The position numbers and the translations under genes are program-made. Below are positions 36,415-47,349 of a stretch of 64,000 nt of DNA, piece by piece (position 1 is the stretch's first letter; every line of letters starts with the position of its first letter). The DNA is from Rhizodiscina lignyota. Taxonomy: Eukaryota. The stretch lies in NCBI GenBank assembly GCA_010015805.1, contig ML978124.1, positions 1,054,001 through 1,118,000 on the forward strand, read 5' to 3'. The notes under the pieces are model-generated. The model did no database searches. It saw only the letters and a list, made by a program, of their open reading frames with translations, and was not told the DNA's origin.

Positions 36415-38342
36415 ATGTCCTTTCTAGCGATAGAAGGACTACATGCTTTCGTGACCGGAGCGGCCGGAGGCATTGGTCAAGCCATTGTGCAAGAATTGCT
36501 TTGTATGTCAACCACACCACCATCTGAAACTCGTCCACGGAGCTTATATTTTGCACAGCGCAAGGATGCAGAGTTACCGCGCACGACAGGCGTGCCAGTC
36601 CGCTAGCACCGCACGAGCGTCTCTATACGCTCCAAGGTGACATATCGGATGAGGCATCTATTTCGTCAAGCATCGACGCTGCACGCGCTCACTTCGGTGC
36701 GATCAATATACTCGCCGCAAACGCAGGTATAACCGATGAAGGTAACGAATATCCCATCTGGCGTATGCCCACCGACATTTGGGATAAAGTCTACGCGATC
36801 AACGTGCGGGGTACATACTTCACGATCAAGCACTTCCTCCGCGCAGCCGAAGAGGAGCAACAAACAATTGGCAAAGAGCTGCAGAATCTTGCGGTCGTGG
36901 TCACAGGAAGTGAATGCGGGAAATTCGGGCAGGCTGGACATACCGAATATGCGAGCGGCAAGGCAGGTCTACAGTATGGGCTTGTTAGGGGTGTGAAGAA
37001 TGAGATCGCACACTTGAACAAACTAGCGAGGATTAATGCAGTTGCGCCAGGATGGGTGAACACGCCTCTCATTGGAGACAGATTGGACGATCCAAGGGAG
37101 ATGTGGATAGAGGCACAGGCTACTGTTGCGCTGAGGAAGATTGCGCAGCCGACGGACGTCGCGAGGGCCGTTGCATTCCTCGCCTCTCATCGCGCTGCAG
37201 GTCATATCAGCGGTGAGTGTATTAGTGTCGATGGCGGAATGGAGGGTAGGCTGTTGTGGAAAGAGGAGGAAGTGACTGGCGCAAAGCAGGGCCAGCAGAC
37301 TACTATCGCTCTGCAAGCACCACAGCCGACTTCGATACCTCCAGTTATTTCTCAGAAGCGCAAATCCACTATCAAAGTCGCCATATCCGTAGATTTTGAC
37401 GCTGTGTCAGGCTGGCTCGGAACAGGACAGTCACCAGACAACAGCCTTGCGGACTACTCATCCGGCTTCTTCTCCGCATATGTCGGCGTCCGTCGCCTCC
37501 TCCGCCTCTTCAAACGCCTCAACGTCTCCGACAAGATCACATGGTTCATTCCCGGGCACAGCATGGAGTCCTTTCCTGAGCAAACCAAAGCTATCCTCGC
37601 CTCGGGCTGCGAACTCGGCCTCCACGGCTACTGCCACGAAGGCGCGGCCCAACTCACCGAGTCCCAGGAGCGCGAAGTGCTCGAGAAATGCATCCAGCTC
37701 GCAGAAGGCCTAACAGGCAAGAAGCCGCGTGGCTACCGTGCTCCGCTCTACCAGTTGCGCGAAAACACAATCAGGCTCTTGGAAGAGCACGGCTTCCTGT
37801 ACGACTCGAGCCTCACGCACTATGATAGTACACCTTACTATGTGCCGCGGTCACAGCCCATCACACCGCCGAATTACAGGCAGATGAGCAGCGCGAAGCA
37901 GTGGATGAAGCCCCTTCCGCAGCCGGAGCAGCCAACGGACAGGACGTTGGTCGAATTGCCCGCGAATTGGTATGGCGAGGACATGACCCCACTGCAATAC
38001 TGGCCGCATACGCCCAACTCGCAGGGCTATGTCGACGCAAGGGTCGTGGAGAAGATGTGGATGGATCGGTTTGAGTGGTTGCAGCGCGAGAGGGACGAGT
38101 TGGCGGAAGAGAAGGCGGAGATGCAGGCTGCAGAGGTAGGGGTGAGCAAAGCGGTGGAGGAGGGGGAGGAGATGACGCTTTTCTCGCTGATTTTGCATCC
38201 TGATACGAGTGGGATGGCGCATGTTATTGGCATGGTGGAGAGGTTCTTGATGTGGGTGAGGCAGAAGGGGGATGCGGAGGTGGAGTGGTGCAGTTGTGGG
38301 GAGGTGGCGGAGAGGTGGAAGGGAATGCAGACGGGTAAATAA
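36415..38342 (+). CDS. Fusion protein, 623 aa: N-terminal short-chain dehydrogenase/reductase plus C-terminal CE4 polysaccharide-deacetylase-fold hydrolase (HP0310/PuuE-like)
   Basis: Exons 36415-36502 and 36559-38342. SDR: TGAAGGIG, NAG, YASGK, RINAVAPG, VDGG. CE4: SVDFDAVSGWLG, TWFIPGHS, HGYCHE, GYRAP, YDSS, LHPDTSG. The domains are joined without a stop. Confidence 0.9.
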
Positions 38343-38604
38343 ATGGCTTGAGATATAAATTAATTAACATATTCAAGATAGGTATATATGGCCAATTAAG
38401 ACTGGAGGTCTTCGACCTTCATGGCGTTCTCCGATGTGATTGGCCTCATACGTCATAATGTTTTAATGAAAATCGTCACAACTTGGAAGCATGAAAAGTA
38501 CCTTTCCGCTGGACAACTCCTTTCTTTCCTTAAAGATATTCAAGTCAAATCAAAACAGCTTTTCCCAAATACAAGCGAATTCAAATTGATCTTTGTGACC
38601 AATA

Positions 38605-38968
38605 ATGTCGGATCAAGTCACATCCAAGCAGGGCGAGCCAATCAACGAAGGCGACCATGTCGAGACGAAGATTAGAGGTGGAAAACGTGAAGGGGACGTA
38701 CGTTTGACCTCCTTGAACAGCGAGGAAATTTAGATTTAAATATCGGAAGATAACCTAACAATCTCCCAAATACAGGCCGACAAGATCGTCACTACGGAGA
38801 AGGAGGCTGAACAGCACGATGTCAAGAATCCACCAAAGGTGATCTCTTTGCTTGATACAGTCTCCTGAAAACTTGTCATGAGTGTTTGTCTGACTCTGAT
38901 AGGTTGTCTTCACGGATCAGCATGGGCATGATGTCGCGCACAACCCAGGTACATTGAGCAAGACTTAG
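38605..38968 (+). CDS. Small Hva1-TUDOR (DUF2945-like) protein, 73 aa; absent from the ORF track
   Basis: Exons 38605-38697, 38776-38838 and 38903-38968, all phase 0, with CTAAC and CTGAC branch sites. Product: MSDQVTSKQGEPINEGDHVETKIRGGKREGDADKIVTTEKEAEQHDVKNPPKVVFTDQHGHDVAHNPGTLSKT*. Confidence 0.85.
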
Positions 38969-39142
38969 CGATCAAAGTGGTGCGGTTTGAGGGTTGGCAG
39001 ATATGTACGGCAGCTCCAACGAATTGATCTTCAATGAATTGATCTCCAATGCATTAATTGAGAAACTCAATTGCTACATCTACTATCGTGCACGAGTATA
39101 GACCCTCTCGACAGAAGCCTCCCGAACCGCTGATGAGCTAGT

Positions 39143-41239
39143 CTACACTGGCGGCGCGCACCCAAAGGATGTTGCCGCGGCAGAGTTGAATGCTGCTTTG
39201 ATACTCAGACCAGAGCCATAGATGCCTTGAAAACATTAGCGCTGTGGCACAGATCTCGAAATGCTGATACTTACCAAGTCCCGCCGTCGCCAGTGCAGCC
39301 AGACAAAGCACCAAGTTGACCCACTTGAAGATCAAAGTTGCTCTGGTTCCTCCGAAGAGACCCTATCGCATTCTGTTAGTTCCGACATTCGAGTATGCAG
39401 AGGCATGTAGGGATTACGAACCCTCTTCCAGCGACTCCACTCAAACCAGGTGTCGGTACGGCTTGGTGCTCCAGGCTTGTATGGGCCGTCGGCGGCGGTC
39501 GCATCCTGCTGTACAAGGTACAAGAATGTGAATCCGGTAGGGAAGGAGTATGTGAACTGCATGTTCGTCACAGCTCCGACTGTATATGCATGTCAGTCCA
39601 TATCCCGTATTTTTCCATCGGAGGACAACGTACCCATGCCCGACAGCGTTTGAACCTGCGGAATCGCGGCCGCGATGACGAAACCGATAGCCCAGAAAAT
39701 GATCACGGAAATCGCCCAGGTGAGCCGTCCCATGCGAGACGTGAGAAGCGGTCCATGGAAGAGGTCTTCAATGACGTTGACGTAGAAGATTTTCAGACCT
39801 AAAGGGTGTAAGCGTCTGATCAAGAACCACGGGATCCAATAGTCAACCCAACTTACCAACATTGCCATAAAGCCCTCCAGCGATGACACCACCAACGAGC
39901 GACAGCACATTGCCAACTGTCTGCCAGGAATGATGACTGACACCTTGGAATGCGACTGGTAGGGTAAATTGGCCTTGGAAAGAGTAGACATATAGTCCGT
40001 AGAAGACATATATCGTGAAGATGATCGCCTGGGCGAGGCAGAACGACTTCAAGAAATCCATGGGTCGGCGCATCTCTGCGATAATCTGTGCAAAGATGGT
40101 TGCTCCTCCATAAGCGTAGACGATGTTCATCACACCGTTGATACGCTCGAAGAAAGGGTACGTGGCGAAAGTCTGCCGCACGACTGGACCTTTCGGGATG
40201 CCGTATGCGGCCAGAGCAGATGCGTAATTTGGAGGCGAGTGCGCTATGAAGCCCACGGACAGGAAGATGACGAGAATGTTTAGCCAAATGGCAATGCTAG
40301 CGATCCAGCTGAAGCGGTGTAGTGAACGTATTTGGTTCAATACCATGCCCCTGTGTGTCGTTAGAAGCCGTAATAATATGGAGGACTGGTTGCCTTCTTA
40401 CACAAGAATCCAGATAATGATCGCAACGACGAAGCACGGCTTTCCATTGGTGATCTGAACTAGCGACTGGGCTGCTCCAAGTGAGGTCGTGCCGACATTT
40501 ACGATCCTGTGCATAGTAAGCTGCTGTACGGTCCTTCACGGGATCTGTAAGCGTACATATGAATGAAGACAAGCCATGTCACGAAAAGTCTGAAGTATCT
40601 TCCAGCAACTCGATCAGTGATATCACTATAGCTCTTCACCGGGAACCTGTCACTGTCCAGTTTCACATAGAGCCACCACAGCAATGCGCCGCAATAGAAT
40701 GCCATGCCGCCCATGAAGACATAGAGGAGCACGCCGGGTACGTATCCATTTTGGCGAAATGCGTATGGTGCATTGAATGGACCGAGAATATCAGTGGTAC
40801 ACAGGTAGAACGCCGCAAGCCAAGATGCACGTCTCAGAACTCGCCATGATTGCACTTTGGTCGTGTCATTGTCCGAGAGACCATCTGTCTGCGGGTCGTT
40901 GGAACGTGATACGACTGCTTCAGCCTCCGCTTCCAAAGGGGATGCAAATGATTGCAGTTTGTCGGCTAGAGTCCGGTTACTGGGTTTTGCGTCAGCCATC
41001 AAGTACCTTATCTTTCAAGCTTCTGCAAGTACATACCGTCTTCCATCCTCAATTCTCTCTTGAATTCTTTGGGCGCTCGCGAAGAACACAAAATCCTCCA
41101 ATTTTGGCGAGCTTGTCTTCCCAATCAAATCGCCGTCATGAACTGGCGCAACAGATGCATCAAGCTCGTTCTTGCCGATCGGATATTCCAGATCTTTAGC
41201 CTCATGCGATAGTCTGTAAGGGTCAGTGAGTGGAGCCAT
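39143..41239 (-). CDS. Amino acid transporter (Aa_trans/AAAP, Mtr-like), multi-exon
   Basis: FYLCTTDILGPFNAPYA, LDSDRFPVKSY, NQIRSLHRF, VYAYGGA, EMRRPMDF, YSFQGQF, LYGNVG, QFTYSFP. Ends ATSFGCAPPV* at TAG 39143-39145. Confidence 0.88.
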
Positions 41240-42699
41240 TGCAACGGTTGGTCCCAAGAGCCTGGGAAGATATCAAGAGCCAAGACGCAAAGAGATAGCA
41301 GGATCGAGACCTGGGTGCGTACATACCTTTAAACAAAATGCCATTGAGCACCTCACAGTGCCATCCAACAATCCGTTCTGGAAGGTGAAGATAGATTCGC
41401 GAATTTGAGATACAGATCGGGTGCAAACTGCCGACCAATGGGAGTTGATCATCATGTCGCAAGCGTATGGCCGATATGGCGTGAACGACTTGAATCCAGA
41501 ACAATGAGCCGTAGATCTCGTTAGCGTGCAATTGTCGATGTGCAGAGAGGCATTCGGGGAATAATGGACCTGCAGGTAAAGTAACTCCCCGGCAAGCTTT
41601 TTTTTAGCGTTAGTCGTCCAAAGCCTCCAACATGAAATTATATGCATAGTGTAGCTTCATGATATTTTTTGCATTGCCAGAAACTGCTTCTTAGATTAGT
41701 GAGACATTAACTCGAGATCGAAAGAGGTGTGTATTTCTGCGGAGTGGCATTAGAATACAGTTCGGCGGACATCGAGTGCAAGCTGGCAGTTTGACTAGGC
41801 AGAGCTAGTGACAGGCGCCTGTCAATATTCTTATCAGTAGGACAAAGATACTCTCTCCCATTACGGCGCATTTAATCTTTATGATCCTGCACTAAGAACT
41901 GGAAAGCTTGTTTGCCAGTCGCATCAACAGAGTGGTCGGCTTGCCGCTGAACGGAACCGAGCAGGAAATACCACATTGAGGCCGATTTCTGAATTTGAGG
42001 AGCGGAGTTTCTTCACAGATGTCTTTGACTACAAGGAATCTTGTATATTAGCAATCAGAAGCACTGCTCGTGACCAAGTTTAATGACATTGCCACAGTCA
42101 AAGCCAACAGCTGAACGGTAGCATTCCCCAGAAACGCTACGGATCAATGCCTTGACCAGGGCCTGTAGATACTAAACAGAGTGACCAACTGTATAGATTC
42201 GGCTCGGCGCTGAGAGGTCTACACGCCTATTTGCGGCGAGGTAGAAGCGGATTGGTGGCAAGCGGTATGTACAACATCAACATATTGGTTGCAAGTAGGT
42301 GCTGATGGATTTCTTTCCATGTGATCAAACATCGACGAGGATTTATCGCTCATAGCTTCTGTTTGTCTCCAATCACGAAGCAAGTCAGCGAATCGGATAC
42401 GACCACCCATGGAGACTCTACTCACCGGTCCATTTATTGCGTAACCTACCCGTAGTGGAGGTTGCTCTTTCACGAAGTTGTATTTCCACGAACCGATCAC
42501 GGACATCATTAGAATGTCAATGACTTCGTAGCGGGCGTCAAAGCTGGTGCCAAAATGCTTGGCGGATGAACGATTGTACACTGCGAGGTTATATAAAGGG
42601 ACCTACGCAGTCCTTGCGGTTTAAGACTTGCCGAAATACAATCGATCAGTTTCAGTTTATCTTGAATCTCCTAGGCATTGCACTTTTTGTCCGTTCAGA

Positions 42700-42981
42700 A
42701 TGTGCGAAATAAGCTATGAGCTGTGCGCCCGTCCAAAATGTGGAAAAGACCTCAACAGCGGCAACCCCGTGACTGTAAAGCCCTGCAGTCATAAGGTTCA
42801 GGGGTTGGAATGCCCTCAGCCAAAAATCAAAAACGCACCTTCGACAAAGTACAAAATCCCTGGGGATTCTAACTTGACCCTTCGCTATTGCAGCGAAGAG
42901 TGCGAGGCCCAAGCAATAATCGAAGAGGCCAAATGTCATCAGCTTTTGATTGAGGTTATGACGGATGTGTCTGAAGAGTAG
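42700..42981 (+). CDS. Putative small Cys-rich orphan protein, 93 aa
   Basis: MCEISYELCARPKCG...PCSH...C...YCSEEC; TATATAAA about 105 bp upstream; no signal peptide. Confidence 0.35.
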   Translation: MCEISYELCARPKCGKDLNSGNPVTVKPCSHKVQGLECPQPKIKNAPSTKYKIPGDSNLTLRYCSEECEAQAIIEEAKCHQLLIEVMTDVSEE

Positions 42982-43830
42982 ACAGACGAAGAGACCGGTG
43001 AAGTGAAATGGATAGAATGGATATGCGAGTGCAACAAGGCCAGACAAGGAATAGTACACGGAGTATATCTCTAAAACATGCCTAGTCTGGCACAATTAGC
43101 GTACGTAAACACGGGCCCACGAGCTTTGAGAATTTCTGCTAACGTAAAAGTAGAGAATACAGAGTTGAAGTCAACCCAGTTGTGAACGATAGAAGGTAAT
43201 CGCAGAAATGGAAGCAATTCAGACCGCGAGACGAAAGGAAACGAGTAGTTTAGCGGAGGATTGAAGATGTTTAGAGTTAAAATACTCATTAGTTGGATTA
43301 CTGCGTCATGCACGGTGCATCATTGTGGATTTGTATTCGTTAACTGCGAAAGCTTATGGCCATTTAAATAAGAGATCCAGGCTCGGATCTCACTCTGCTT
43401 AGCTTATGGAAAGCTGGATGACTTCAATAGGCGTACCTTGCGTTCATTAGATCCAATTCTCAACGCCGATTATGACGTGCTCCCCCGAGTCTCTGTTCAG
43501 ACCGGCTCCCTCTTAGCAGTACCTCGCAACTGTGCAGATTCAACCATTGGAATGACGGTTTATGTAATGAGCGACAATATTGGTAGACAAATGTAAGATA
43601 AAGTTTGAGCAATGGAAGTGAGCACTTTCGCAAAGAGGCACGGTCATCCCAGTTGAGAATGGTGATCTTTGTCATGCACGTCCCTTCGGTAATACTGTAT
43701 TTCGTATACCGTCGATTGATGTTGGAGCGGGCTTCTTAATGGGTAGGCGTTCTGAAATGGCACTAGCGCGGCATGTGCACGCCAAGAGACGCCCCGCCAT
43801 CGGAAGGGCAGGGGTGGGAATTTTTAGAGA

Positions 43831-43836
43831 TGACTC
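43831..43836 (+). promoter_or_regulatory. Gcn4/CpcA response element (TGACTC) in the HIS4 promoter
   Basis: ATGACTCT about 170 bp upstream of the HIS4 ATG; cross-pathway control of HIS4/his-3 is established in fungi. Confidence 0.55.
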
Positions 43837-44001
43837 TTGTCATTTTCAGCTCTGCGATCGCCCTGTTCTGCATTATTGCACCGTCTGTTCCTAGATGATA
43901 CGCATCAATTGACCTCCGGGATTTGTTCTGTTCAATTGACGGCAATAGCGCCAGCAGTCCGGCTTTCAGGCTTCCTTATCTTGCCCCGAACGAACGACAA
44001 G

Positions 44002-46623
44002 ATGGCGGCCCCCGCCTTTCTCCCAGAGATTGACATTCAGAAATACACCACCACTGAGCATGGATTAAAACCAAAGGCACTCTCATATATAGGTCATGTC
44101 TTCACTAAACTGTCCCACGATACCGTCGACGAAGCCTTCCTCTACCTCCAACAGACGTTTGGTCTCTTCTCGACTTACTTCGACGTCTCCGCCCTGCTGT
44201 TCGTAGAGGATATTGTATCGCTACTAGACTCGGGGGCGGCTAAGGTTTTTGTTACAGTAGCACAATTACAACAGTTGAAGGGAGTGAAGAATCTGGATTT
44301 GGGCCGAGTAATAGTGATCGCGTCCGCAGCGTCAGACACGAGCTATGGAGAAGGCATTGGAGGAGTCATGCTCCCGTCAAGTGCGCACGATGTGATCCAT
44401 GATCTCTCGCAAGGGCCATCGCCAGAGAAAGAACAGCGATATGTGTCTGTTACTTCTTTTCCTTACGACATCACCATAAAGCTCGCGCGTGCCGAGAACA
44501 CGACCGTTATCATCCCGGCCGAAGCAATCACTATCGATCACCACACCGAGCCCGACCTCATCGATACTGTTAGTCTCGTCCTTGCTAGTGCGACGAGCGA
44601 TAGAGCGGATGGCCTGTACACGACACTGGTCACTGACGAGCGGGGAGTGGCGTTGGGGCTGGTATATAGCAGCAAGGAGAGCGTGGCAGAGAGCTTAAGA
44701 ACAGGGAGAGGAGTGTATCAAAGTCGTAAGAGAGGCTTGTGGTATAAAGGCGAAAGCAGTGGAGATGTGCAAGAGCTTGTAAGAATAGAGATGGACTGTG
44801 ACCATGATTGCCTCAGGTTCGTTGTCAGACAAAAGGGCAAAGGTTTTTGTCATTTGGGCACAGCGACATGCTTTGGAGATTACACCGGACTGGCAAGGTT
44901 GCAAAAAACACTTCAGAGCCGAAAGGTCTCTGCCCCCGAAGGATCATACACAGCTCGGTTGTTCAACGATCCCCAGCTGCTTCGTGCAAAGATCATGGAG
45001 GAAGCGAATGAGCTTTGCGAGGCAACTTCGAAGGATGATGTCGCATTCGAAGCTGCGGACCTGCTCTACTTTGCTCTTGCAAAGGCAGTATCTGCGGGCG
45101 TGACTCTCGAGGATATTGAGCATAATCTCGACGGGAAAAGCGTAAAGGTCAAGAGGCGGAAAGGTGATGCTAAAGGCCCTTGGGCGGAGAAGTCTGCAAG
45201 TTCAAATGGTGCCACAAATGGTCAATCCGCGAAAGAGGAGGTCAAGGAAGCTGCATCAGTGCCAAAGGCCGAAGAAGATCCCGCAGGAATTGAAAATAGC
45301 AGGATAAAAATGCGCCGTTTCGTCACCGCGACAGATGCTTCAGACACTATCCGTGAAGCTCTCAAACGACCATCGCAGAGGTCGTCAGACAAGATCATGG
45401 GTATTGTGAAGCCTATTGTTGAAGATATCCAGAAGAGAGGCGATGCAGCATTACTAGAGTACACGCATAAATTCGAAAAGGCAACGTCCCTTACCTCGCC
45501 CGTACTGAAAGCGCCATTCCCGGAATCGATGATGCAGCTACCGCCTGAGACCATTGAAGCGATTGACGTATCATTCGAAAACATTCGCAAATTTCACGCC
45601 GCACAGAAAGAGGAGAAGCCACTCATAGTCGAGACCATGCCTGGAGTTGTCTGCTCGCGTTTCGCTCGTCCAATTGAGGCCGTCGGTCTCTACGTTCCTG
45701 GTGGTACTGCGGTACTACCTTCAACAGCGCTTATGCTTGGTGTCCCAGCAATGGTCGCAGGCTGCAAGAAAATTGTGATTGCCTCACCACCTAGACAAGA
45801 CGGCTCCCTGACACCAGAGATTGTTTATGCGGCCCACAAAGTTGGTGCAGAGAGCATCGTACTTGCAGGCGGCGCGCAAGCTATTGCTGCTATGGCATAC
45901 GGTACGGAAAGCGTCAGCAAGGTTGACAAGATCCTCGGGCCAGGCAACCAGTTTGTGACTGCGGCAAAGATGCTAGTCTCCAATGACACGACCGCAGGTG
46001 TGAGCATAGACATGCCGGCTGGACCGTCTGAAGTCCTCGTTGTCGCGGATGAGACTTCGAATCCAGCCTTTGTCGCGGCTGATCTGCTCTCACAATCCGA
46101 GCATGGCGTCGACAGCCAAGTCGTCTGCATTGTTGTTGGTCTGAACGATCAGCAGGTCGGTGCAATTGAAGACGAGCTTCACAAACAGGCAATGGCTTTA
46201 CCAAGAGTTGATATTGTTCGTGGTGCGATTGATCATTCGGTGACACTACTGGTCAAGGACATTGAAGAGGCAATGCAGCTCAGTAATATGTACGCGCCAG
46301 AGCATCTGATTCTACAGGTGAAAGACGCGGAAAAGGTGGTGGACATAGTCCAGAATGCTGGTAGTGTGTTCATAGGCCCTTGGACCCCGGAGAGCGTGGG
46401 AGATTACTCGGCAGGTGTCAATCACTCTCTACCAACGTACGGATATGCGAAGCAGTACTCCGGAGTTAATCTCGGCTCTTACATCAAACATATTACTTCG
46501 TCGAACCTGACAAAGGAGGGACTCCGGAATGTCGGTGGAGCGGTTATGCAGCTTGCCAAGGTTGAAGAGCTTGAGGCTCATCGGCGAGCTGTAAGCATTC
46601 GTCTAGACCACATGGGAGGCTAG
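44002..46623 (+). CDS. HIS4: Trifunctional histidine biosynthesis protein (PRA-CH / PRA-PH / histidinol dehydrogenase), intronless
   Basis: GLWYKGESSG, DCDHDC, FCHLG...CF; GSYTARLF, KIMEEA.E; GLYVPGGTA, KILGPGN, IDMPAGPSEV, LSQSEHG, APEHL, GDYSAGVNH. Confidence 0.97.
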   Translation: MAAPAFLPEIDIQKYTTTEHGLKPKALSYIGHVFTKLSHDTVDEAFLYLQQTFGLFSTYFDVSALLFVEDIVSLLDSGAAKVFVTVAQLQQLKGVKNLDLGRVIVIASAASDTSYGEGIGGVMLPSSAHDVIHDLSQGPSPEKEQRYVSVTSFPYDITIKLARAENTTVIIPAEAITIDHHTEPDLIDTVSLVLASATSDRADGLYTTLVTDERGVALGLVYSSKESVAESLRTGRGVYQSRKRGLWYKGESSGDVQELVRIEMDCDHDCLRFVVRQKGKGFCHLGTATCFGDYTGLARLQKTLQSRKVSAPEGSYTARLFNDPQLLRAKIMEEANELCEATSKDDVAFEAADLLYFALAKAVSAGVTLEDIEHNLDGKSVKVKRRKGDAKGPWAEKSASSNGATNGQSAKEEVKEAASVPKAEEDPAGIENSRIKMRRFVTATDASDTIREALKRPSQRSSDKIMGIVKPIVEDIQKRGDAALLEYTHKFEKATSLTSPVLKAPFPESMMQLPPETIEAIDVSFENIRKFHAAQKEEKPLIVETMPGVVCSRFARPIEAVGLYVPGGTAVLPSTALMLGVPAMVAGCKKIVIASPPRQDGSLTPEIVYAAHKVGAESIVLAGGAQAIAAMAYGTESVSKVDKILGPGNQFVTAAKMLVSNDTTAGVSIDMPAGPSEVLVVADETSNPAFVAADLLSQSEHGVDSQVVCIVVGLNDQQVGAIEDELHKQAMALPRVDIVRGAIDHSVTLLVKDIEEAMQLSNMYAPEHLILQVKDAEKVVDIVQNAGSVFIGPWTPESVGDYSAGVNHSLPTYGYAKQYSGVNLGSYIKHITSSNLTKEGLRNVGGAVMQLAKVEELEAHRRAVSIRLDHMGG

Positions 46624-47349
46624 ACAAGATTTAGAGCCGTATGATTTGAATGCCCGAATACATAGAATCAAAATCACTTTCCTACCACTTCTGATTCACT
46701 GATATTGCATCAAAGGATACATCTATCTCGCACATGCTTTTGCAAAATGACACGCGGGACATATTCAATGAATATGCACATAGTAGGAAACATTCGGCTA
46801 GACAAGCTAGCAATTGCGAGAAAACACAGTTCTCCACAACACCGAATTAGCTATGATGTAGAGCTTCTATACTAATAAAAGGTACAGGGTATTCAATGGT
46901 ATGTTGTTATTACAAAAGCTCCGAAGAAGGTTGAACTAGGCTTTCAGAGATAGTGTCGCCTGCCTTGAAGTGTAATACCTGCTCGCCCTTACACGTTCCA
47001 GGTGGCCCGGCGGCCAATTACTTTATCACCCTTGAAGATAGAGACAGAAGAGGAAGCTGCTATTATGCCTCGGCGCTTGACCTGGAGTGGAACAAGCGGC
47101 ATCATATCTATGATCTTTCGAGACTAGGCACTTACCTAGGTATAGAGCGAGGACGGCGAGATAGTGCGGAAGCTGGTGCCGGATGCGCACTTCGCATCTG
47201 CACAATACTAGGTAGCTATGACAGCTTCTCTCTAAAGCTTTAAATTTGAAGAGGGCACCCCTCATCATCAACATCGGTCGTCTCTTGACCTCAATCTTGT
47301 GAGCATCCTTCGACTTGAAACGAGAAGAGCGGCAGAGAAACGAACGATC

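Noticed and set aside
39021..39050. 15-bp tandem duplication GAATTGATCT(T/C)CAAT
   Set aside because: Only two copies in a 3' intergenic gap; not an array, and no function can be inferred.
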